A DNA stretch of 64,000 nucleotides from NCBI GenBank assembly GCA_965223705.1, contig OZ245015.1, forward strand, positions 3,232,001 to 3,296,000, given 5' to 3'. The notes under the pieces are model-generated. The model had not been told where the DNA came from and ran no database searches. It worked only from the letters and a program-made list of their open reading frames with translations. Shown here one piece after another: positions 58,002 through 64,000 of the stretch; positions within the stretch are counted from its first letter, which is position 1, and every line of letters begins with the position of its first letter. Origin of the DNA: Myxococcota bacterium (GTDB lineage Bacteria; Myxococcota_A; UBA9160; UBA6930). The translations under genes were made by a program, and so were the position numbers.

Positions 58002-59207
58002 CTACTGGTAGATCTCCGCCTTCGCCCGTGCGGCTCTCACGACGGGAATTGCATCGTCCGCGGGCGCTTCCATCCAGGTTTTTCGCGCGAGCGCAGCTTC
58101 GATAAAAGGCGCAAGCTCGTCGGCCTTGCGGGCGTCGCGAGCTTCACGACGATCGACAAACTCGGGCAGCACTTGATCCCCAAAGAGCTCGAGGCTCTCG
58201 CAGATATGCTCGTGTCGGTTGTTCCCGCCCTGCTGCAGGAAGATGACTTGATCGACACCGACGTCCTCGTATGCGCGCACAAGCTCGGCGAAGTCGCTCG
58301 GCGTGCCGATTCCGGGCGCGGCGCGTTTCAGGGTCTTTTTCTTTGACTGCGCTTTGTAGTCCGACCAAAGCGTCGTCCGCCCCGGCACGTTGTCCTTCGT
58401 GACGAGGGCTCCCATCGCGTAGTTGAAGAAACGAAAGCCATCGATTCCGCGACGAACCGCTTCGTCGCGCTCATGATGCAGGGAGAACGGAGCGACCATG
58501 GCGATGTTCGCGTTCACGCAATGTCCGAGAGGGACGCAGGCCTCACTTCGAATCGTCCCGTAGTAGATATCCGCCCAGCGCTTCGCCTCGTCCGGGTCGA
58601 CGAAGCTGAACGCGAGGGCGCCGAGGCCGTTGCGTGCAGCCGTTTCGATGGTGGATCGATTCGTGCAGGCCATCCACATCGGCGGATGTGGTTTCTGCAG
58701 GGGTTTGGGGAGCACGTTTCGTGCGGGCATGGAGAAGCCCTCGCCGTCGTAGCCGGGATAGGGGTCCATCGCCATCATGTTCGCGATTTGCTCGGCCGCT
58801 TCGAGTGCGAGGGCGCGCTTCTTCTTCGCGGAGATCTGAAAGCCGTGGAGCTCCATCCGCGTCGCGCTCTCACCGATCCCGAACTCGACGCGGCCGGACG
58901 AGACAAGATCCAGCATTCCGACCGCCTCGGCGGTGCGAGCCGGGTGGTTGTAGAGGGGGATCACCTGCCGAATGCCAAAGCCCACCCGGATCCTCTCCGT
59001 CTTGGCGGCCAATGCCGAAAGGAAGACCTCGGAGGCCGAGCAGTGCGAGTATTCGTCGAGGAAGTGGTGCTCGACGGCCCACGCGTGGTCGATGCCCAGC
59101 TTGTCCGCGAGGACGACCTGTTCCATGGCCTCGCGGACCAGACGGTGCTCGGCATCGTCGTCCCAAGGCTTGGGGAGCTGCAGTTCGTAGAACACGCCGA
59201 ATCTCAT
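58002..59207 (-). CDS. LLM-class flavin-dependent oxidoreductase, close paralog of 43038-44252
   Basis: Same MRFGVFYELQLPKPWD start and co-linear motifs throughout. Confidence 0.92.
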   Translation of the reverse strand: MRFGVFYELQLPKPWDDDAEHRLVREAMEQVVLADKLGIDHAWAVEHHFLDEYSHCSASEVFLSALAAKTERIRVGFGIRQVIPLYNHPARTAEAVGMLDLVSSGRVEFGIGESATRMELHGFQISAKKKRALALEAAEQIANMMAMDPYPGYDGEGFSMPARNVLPKPLQKPHPPMWMACTNRSTIETAARNGLGALAFSFVDPDEAKRWADIYYGTIRSEACVPLGHCVNANIAMVAPFSLHHERDEAVRRGIDGFRFFNYAMGALVTKDNVPGRTTLWSDYKAQSKKKTLKRAAPGIGTPSDFAELVRAYEDVGVDQVIFLQQGGNNRHEHICESLELFGDQVLPEFVDRREARDARKADELAPFIEAALARKTWMEAPADDAIPVVRAARAKAEIYQ

Positions 59208-59286
59208 GCGACCTCCTATAACAAAGCACCGGGAGCGACCGTGCCGCGCGATGCTACCGCGATATCCTCTCCTCCCGGAGGTTCTC

Positions 59287-59748
59287 ATGATCTCAGCCAG
59301 CAAGCCTTGGAGCCGAGCGGTTCTCGCGCTCGCGCTGATCACGGGAGCGCTCGCCTGTAGCGGCCCCTTCGTCCTGCTGCCCGGCGGCGCCCTCGAGGGC
59401 AGCGTCGCGCCGACGCCGGACAACTGGGCCGCCACCGACGCGATCCAGACGATCCAGCTCGAAACCAATCCCCGAGACCCTTATTCCGTCAACCTCTGGG
59501 TCATTGCCGATGGTGAGCAGCTCTATGTTCACGCAGGCGCGAGTCGAGCCACCTGGGTCGAGCATATGGAGTCGGATCCGAACGTCCGCCTCCGCGTGGA
59601 TGACGAGATCTACGAACTCACCGCGACGCGCGTGGACAGCCAGGAAGAGTTCGACCGCTTTAGCGACCTGTATGAGAAGAAATACGATCGAAGACCGCGA
59701 AACGAGAACGTGGACGAAGCGTACTTGTTTCGACTCATCGGGCGCTGA
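59287..59748 (+). CDS. DUF2255/split-barrel-like lipoprotein
   Basis: Lipobox ALAC; PGG.L.G, PYSVNLW, DPNVRLRV..IY and Y.KKY motifs. Confidence 0.7.
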   Translation: MISASKPWSRAVLALALITGALACSGPFVLLPGGALEGSVAPTPDNWAATDAIQTIQLETNPRDPYSVNLWVIADGEQLYVHAGASRATWVEHMESDPNVRLRVDDEIYELTATRVDSQEEFDRFSDLYEKKYDRRPRNENVDEAYLFRLIGR

Positions 59749-59763
59749 TCGCGAGGGCGACGA

Positions 59764-60315
59764 ATGAACATCCGCGAACTCAACGTACAGCCGGCTTCAC
59801 CGGCAGCGCTAGCACCCTACGGAGAGCTACTGGGACCCGATCGGCCCATCGCTCATCACATCGGCGATTTCTACGAGGGCGCCGTCTCGATACACGAACC
59901 GGTGTCCTTCGTCTCAGACGAAGACACCTGCCTGTCGCTCGCGACGGTGCAGCCGCGTCCGCTCGAGATCGACTACCTCGAGCGCCACTTCAAGCACACG
60001 CAGACTTTCCTTCCGCTCGGCGGCAAACCGTTCGTCGCCGTGTTCGGTGCCCCGAACGAAGGGGACATGCCTGAACTCGATCAGCTTGAGGCGTTCCGTT
60101 TCGATGGCCGCTCGGGTTTCTGCATGCGCGTCGGAACTTGGCACGAGTTCCCGTTCGCCCTCGAAGCCGACACCCAGCTCGTCATCGTGTTGCGCAACGA
60201 AACGACGCGCGACTTAGCCGGTGACAACATCGTCGACAACGAGGCCCAGGGCGGCGATCTCGACAAAAAGAACCTGCTGAAAAGAACGGGTGTTCGAATC
60301 CGACTCCGCGTGTGA
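59764..60315 (+). CDS. Ureidoglycolate lyase-like cupin
   Basis: APYGEL, LERHFKHTQTFLPL and GTWH motifs. Confidence 0.82.
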   Translation: MNIRELNVQPASPAALAPYGELLGPDRPIAHHIGDFYEGAVSIHEPVSFVSDEDTCLSLATVQPRPLEIDYLERHFKHTQTFLPLGGKPFVAVFGAPNEGDMPELDQLEAFRFDGRSGFCMRVGTWHEFPFALEADTQLVIVLRNETTRDLAGDNIVDNEAQGGDLDKKNLLKRTGVRIRLRV

Positions 60316-60333
60316 ACCCCAGGGAGGCGTACG

Positions 60334-60795
60334 ATGAGACGACGCTACGACAAGCCAATCGCGGCGATCCTGTTTGCCGCGCTCGCGTCGGGTATCGGCG
60401 CATCGGCGGGTGCAGAGGAAGACGTCAACAAGAACTGGTGGGGTGTCGCGATCCGAGGCTACGACCCGGTTGCTTATTTCACGATGGGTGAACCGGTAGA
60501 GGGTTCGTCGGATTTCGAGCACGAGTGGCAAGGCGCAACCTGGCGCTTTGTGAATGCGTCGCATCGCGATCGATTCGCCGCCGACCCGGAAGCCTTTGCT
60601 CCGCGATACGGGGGCTACTGCGCCGGCGGTATGGCCCTGGGACGCAAGGCTTCGATCGATCCCCAGGCGTGGGTCATCGTCGACGGCAAGCTCTATTTGA
60701 ATTACGACAAGAAGAGTCGAGACAACTTTGCAAAAGATCCGGGGCCCAAAATCAAAGAGGCAGATGCCAACTGGGAATCCCTCGGACAGCGATAG
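60334..60795 (+). CDS. Secreted YHS-domain protein (Cys-containing member of the YHS selenoprotein-like family)
   Basis: Signal peptide; GYDPVAYF, P.YGGYCA and IVDGKLYLN..ADANW motifs. Confidence 0.88.
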   Translation: MRRRYDKPIAAILFAALASGIGASAGAEEDVNKNWWGVAIRGYDPVAYFTMGEPVEGSSDFEHEWQGATWRFVNASHRDRFAADPEAFAPRYGGYCAGGMALGRKASIDPQAWVIVDGKLYLNYDKKSRDNFAKDPGPKIKEADANWESLGQR

Positions 60796-60799
60796 CCCC

Positions 60800-62578
60800 T
60801 CACTCAAGCCCCGCATTGCGGAGCGCCACGGCTAACCGGCTGCGATGGGCGGAGTCCTTGAACGGCCCGTAGTTGCTGAACATCTCGACCTCGAAGAACG
60901 GGCTCAACCGCTTGACTTGTTCCGCCGAGCGTTTGGCTTCCTCAAGTCTCCCCTGCTCGGCATAGACAGCGGTCAAGACGATGTGGCCCGGAGCGAAATC
61001 GGGGTTCTGCGCGACGCTCCCCTCTAGGGTCCGCTGGGCATCGTCCAAGCGGCCCGCCAAGTAGTACGCGGTTCCGAGGTCGGCAAAATGACCCGCCTCG
61101 AGGTTCGGGTCGTAGCGAAGCGCGTTCTCGAGGGATCGTATCGCTTCGTCGGGCTGACTGAGATAGACGAGGACGGTCCCACGCATCGCGTGACTGGACG
61201 GATCGTTCGGGTTCAGGTCGATCGCACGATCGATTTGTTCTAGCGCGAGCTCGTGTTGGCCGCGCACGCTGTGAACGCGGCCCAGAATCGCGTGACCGTG
61301 CGCGAGGTTCCCGTCGATCTCGACCGACTTTCGAGCCAAGGCCAATGCGCGCTCAAGCGCGCGGTCCGGCCACTCCGTCCACCCGTCTGCCGCGTCGTCG
61401 TGATAGGTCTCGGCCAACCGCGCGTACGCCGCCGCGTAGTTCGGGTCGAGCGCTACCGCGCGCTCGAGAAAGCTCCGCGCTTCGAGGTTTCCGGAACGGG
61501 TGCGCTCCTTCAGCAACTGACGAGCGCGGAGAGCGTATTCGTAAGCAGCGAGGTTCTCCGTGGGCCGCGATGACGCGCGCGCTTGCTCGACGGCGGTAAG
61601 CCTGACGGCGAGCTGACTCGCAACTCCCTCGGTGATCTCGTCCTGAACTTTGAAGATGTCGTCGATCTTCTGGTCGTAGCGTTCGGACCAAAGCAGCACG
61701 CCGCGGGCCGCGTCACTGAGCTGGACGGCCACCCGCACGCGTTCGTCGGACCGTCGGATGGCGCCGCGAACAACGTACCGAACACCGAGTTCTGTTTTCA
61801 CCCGCTCGAGAGCGTTCTCTTCGTTGCGGTACGGCAAGACAGCGTCCCACGACATCACCAGCAGATTGGAAAAGCGGCCGAGTGCCGCGATCACGTCCTG
61901 AGTCACGCCATCGCTGAAATAGGCCTGGTCGGTGTCGCCGCTTTGATTGACAAACGGGAGAACGGCAATCTCGGGGCGACTCGCGGACGGTCTGTCGGAT
62001 CGATCGATCAGGGATAGCACCGCCGCAATCAGTAGGGCAATGCCGATCGCTGGGATCGCCCAACGCCACCCCCGGCCTCTCGTCCCCGCCGTGAGGACGT
62101 ACGGAGCGGATCCCGTGCCGCGTCGCAGGACGCGGAGACCGTCGACGTCGAGCAGAGCGCGGCGAATGACGTCCGTCACACGGACCGCGCCGCTCGCTGC
62201 GTCCGCGCGGTCGGGCCGCGGCCGACCGCGCTCAAAGATCACAACCGTGGTCTCGCTGCCTTTGCCGAGGTCGAGTGCCGCGTGTACCTCGAGTGCCGCA
62301 CGCGCCGCCTCATCCGCGTCGGCGAACGTCGCGGTGACCTCGTCGTCTTCGGCCGTCGCTTGCCCGCCAAAACCGCCGAGGAGCGAAAGCAGCCGCGAGC
62401 GATCCGCAGGAACTGGCCTTACGACGAGGGTTGCGGGGACGGGCTCCCGGGCGGAGAGGCTCGCGCGCTGTTTGCGCAGCGAAACGAGCAGAGTCGCCGC
62501 GCCCCCGAGCATGGCGACGACTTGGAGCAGACCCTCGTTTTGGTTGGCCCAATCGGCGAGGCTTGAGAACCAATCCAT
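60800..62578 (-). CDS. TolB-N/TPR protein with an eroded cyclase-like N-terminus
   Basis: IAVLPFVNQSGD..YFSDGVTQD, LGVRYVV.G, TENLAAYE and multiple TPRs. Confidence 0.82.
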   Translation of the reverse strand: MDWFSSLADWANQNEGLLQVVAMLGGAATLLVSLRKQRASLSAREPVPATLVVRPVPADRSRLLSLLGGFGGQATAEDDEVTATFADADEAARAALEVHAALDLGKGSETTVVIFERGRPRPDRADAASGAVRVTDVIRRALLDVDGLRVLRRGTGSAPYVLTAGTRGRGWRWAIPAIGIALLIAAVLSLIDRSDRPSASRPEIAVLPFVNQSGDTDQAYFSDGVTQDVIAALGRFSNLLVMSWDAVLPYRNEENALERVKTELGVRYVVRGAIRRSDERVRVAVQLSDAARGVLLWSERYDQKIDDIFKVQDEITEGVASQLAVRLTAVEQARASSRPTENLAAYEYALRARQLLKERTRSGNLEARSFLERAVALDPNYAAAYARLAETYHDDAADGWTEWPDRALERALALARKSVEIDGNLAHGHAILGRVHSVRGQHELALEQIDRAIDLNPNDPSSHAMRGTVLVYLSQPDEAIRSLENALRYDPNLEAGHFADLGTAYYLAGRLDDAQRTLEGSVAQNPDFAPGHIVLTAVYAEQGRLEEAKRSAEQVKRLSPFFEVEMFSNYGPFKDSAHRSRLAVALRNAGLE

Positions 62579-62587
62579 CGTTCCGTC

Positions 62588-63973
62588 TCAAGACCGGGCT
62601 TTCCGGACGTCTCGGTACCGGGCTCCCGGATGATCATCCGCGAGTGCCACCTGCCCGACTCCGAAATAATGTTCCCGGAGTGTCGCGGCGTCGTAGCTCG
62701 TGCGAAACAAGTTGCGCCGTTGAAGCTCGGGGACGACGAACTCGACGAAGTTCTCGGTGCCCAAAGGCTCGACGGGACACAAGAGGTTGAATCCGTCGAC
62801 TCCGCCCTCTTCCGCCCAGCGCTCGAGTTCGTCGGCGACGCGACGGGGCCCTCCCACGACGACGTGCGTAATGCTTCCCACGGAGAGATACTCGGCGACT
62901 TCGCGAAAGGTCCAAACGCGCGTCGGGTCGATGGACTGAAAGTAGTCCGAGAAGAACTGCATCCCGTCCCGTTCGGTCGATCGAAGTTCGTCGTCCGGAG
63001 CGAACTTCGAGAGATCGATCCCCGTCCAGCCGCCAAACAAGGCGAGGGCTCCCTCTGGGCTCCGTATGGCCGCAACTTCCGACCAGAGCTTCGAGGCGTC
63101 TTCGTCGGTCGCCGCACAAACGACGGCGACGCCCATCAGAATCTTCACGGAATCCTGTGCGCGACCTTCTCCACGAATCGCCTCGCGATAGCGGTCGGTG
63201 TAGGTCCGGGCGACACGGAGGTTCGGGAAGACCGTGAAGAGCACTTCTCCGTGACGCGCCCCGAAAGCGATGCCGCGTTCCGAAGACCCCGCTTGATAGA
63301 CAACCGGGGTGCGCTGGGGTGAAGGCTCGCAGAGGTGCGGTCCTTCGACGCTGTAGTACTTCCCCACATGGTTGATCTCGTGAACCTTTGCGGGATCGAT
63401 CAAGCAGTCTCCGTCCTTGTCGTAGACGATCGCCCCGTCGTCCCAGCTCTCCTCCCAAAGCCGATACACGACTTCCATGTATTCATCGGCTTGGTCGTAT
63501 CGTTCGTCGTGCGGAAGCTGCTTCGGCAAGCCCTGCCGTTGCGCGTCGGTCAAGTACGAGGTCACCACGTTCCATCCCACCCGCCCGTTCGTCAGATGAT
63601 CGAGGGTCGTAAAGTGCTTCGCGGTCAAGTAGGGCGGGAAGTAGGAGGTGCTGTAGGTGCTGGCGAATCCAAGGTGGCGGGTCTCCCGCGCCATGGCAGG
63701 AATGAGGACGGTCGGGTCATTGCACGGAATCTGCACCCCGTGGCGGATCGCATCGTGTCGAGAGCCCCGAAAAATGTCGTACGTACCGTGGACGTCGGCG
63801 AAGAAGAAGGCGTCCAGACATCCGCGCTCGGCGGTCTTCGCGCGCTCGATCCAATGGTCGAGCTGGCGATAACCGGGCACCGAGCGATCGCTTGGATGTT
63901 TCCACTGCCCTTTCGACTGCGGACACGGTGAGCACTGCGAAAATGCGTTCAGATGAAGGGTTCCCGCGGACAT
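62588..63973 (-). CDS. NtaA/DmoA/SnaA-family FMN-dependent monooxygenase (LLM)
   Basis: FFFADV, LDHLTNGRVGWNVVTS, HDERY and SPQRTPVVYQAGSS motifs; ATG63973 with SD GGAGGAG. Confidence 0.93.
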   Translation of the reverse strand: MSAGTLHLNAFSQCSPCPQSKGQWKHPSDRSVPGYRQLDHWIERAKTAERGCLDAFFFADVHGTYDIFRGSRHDAIRHGVQIPCNDPTVLIPAMARETRHLGFASTYSTSYFPPYLTAKHFTTLDHLTNGRVGWNVVTSYLTDAQRQGLPKQLPHDERYDQADEYMEVVYRLWEESWDDGAIVYDKDGDCLIDPAKVHEINHVGKYYSVEGPHLCEPSPQRTPVVYQAGSSERGIAFGARHGEVLFTVFPNLRVARTYTDRYREAIRGEGRAQDSVKILMGVAVVCAATDEDASKLWSEVAAIRSPEGALALFGGWTGIDLSKFAPDDELRSTERDGMQFFSDYFQSIDPTRVWTFREVAEYLSVGSITHVVVGGPRRVADELERWAEEGGVDGFNLLCPVEPLGTENFVEFVVPELQRRNLFRTSYDAATLREHYFGVGQVALADDHPGARYRDVRKARS

Positions 63974-64000
63974 GATCGTCTCCTCCCGGGGGAGCATATG

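Noticed and set aside
60334..60795. Selenoprotein (in-frame TGA)
   Set aside because: The GGYC position is an ordinary TGC Cys codon and the ORF is uninterrupted.

Overview
This is a GC-rich (roughly two-thirds by eye), very gene-dense bacterial chromosomal segment with about 65 CDS. I found no rRNA, tRNA, CRISPR array, transposase or phage genes. It begins with a CsoR-controlled copper-resistance operon (csoR, Cu P1B ATPase, copA multicopper oxidase, and copB truncated at the left edge). The rest is mostly catabolic and redox enzymes: 8 luciferase-like monooxygenases, 2 TauD and other Fe/2OG oxygenases, a BVMO, an HsaA-type monooxygenase, two thiolase/DUF35 pairs, a PQQ quinohemoprotein, a CoA-transferase and crotonases. 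It also holds an Ada/2OG alkylation-repair pair with an Ada box. The most notable locus is a four-gene soluble di-iron monooxygenase (alpha-beta-coupling-reductase, group-6-like order, 51795-55695). It is tightly coupled to an amidase and an APC amino-acid/amine permease and lies behind two abutting palindromic operators. Second is a complete sigma54 module (-24/-12 promoter, IHF site, inverted-repeat enhancer) driving a membrane acyltransferase, with a convergent enhancer-binding protein whose sensor domain I do not recognise. Diderm features (CopB, periplasmic quinohemoprotein, sigma54/IHF) combined with an actinobacteria-like enzyme repertoire and leaderless-type promoters suggest a Myxococcota/Binatota-like organism; this is inference only. 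All calls come from reading motifs by eye, with no database searches.
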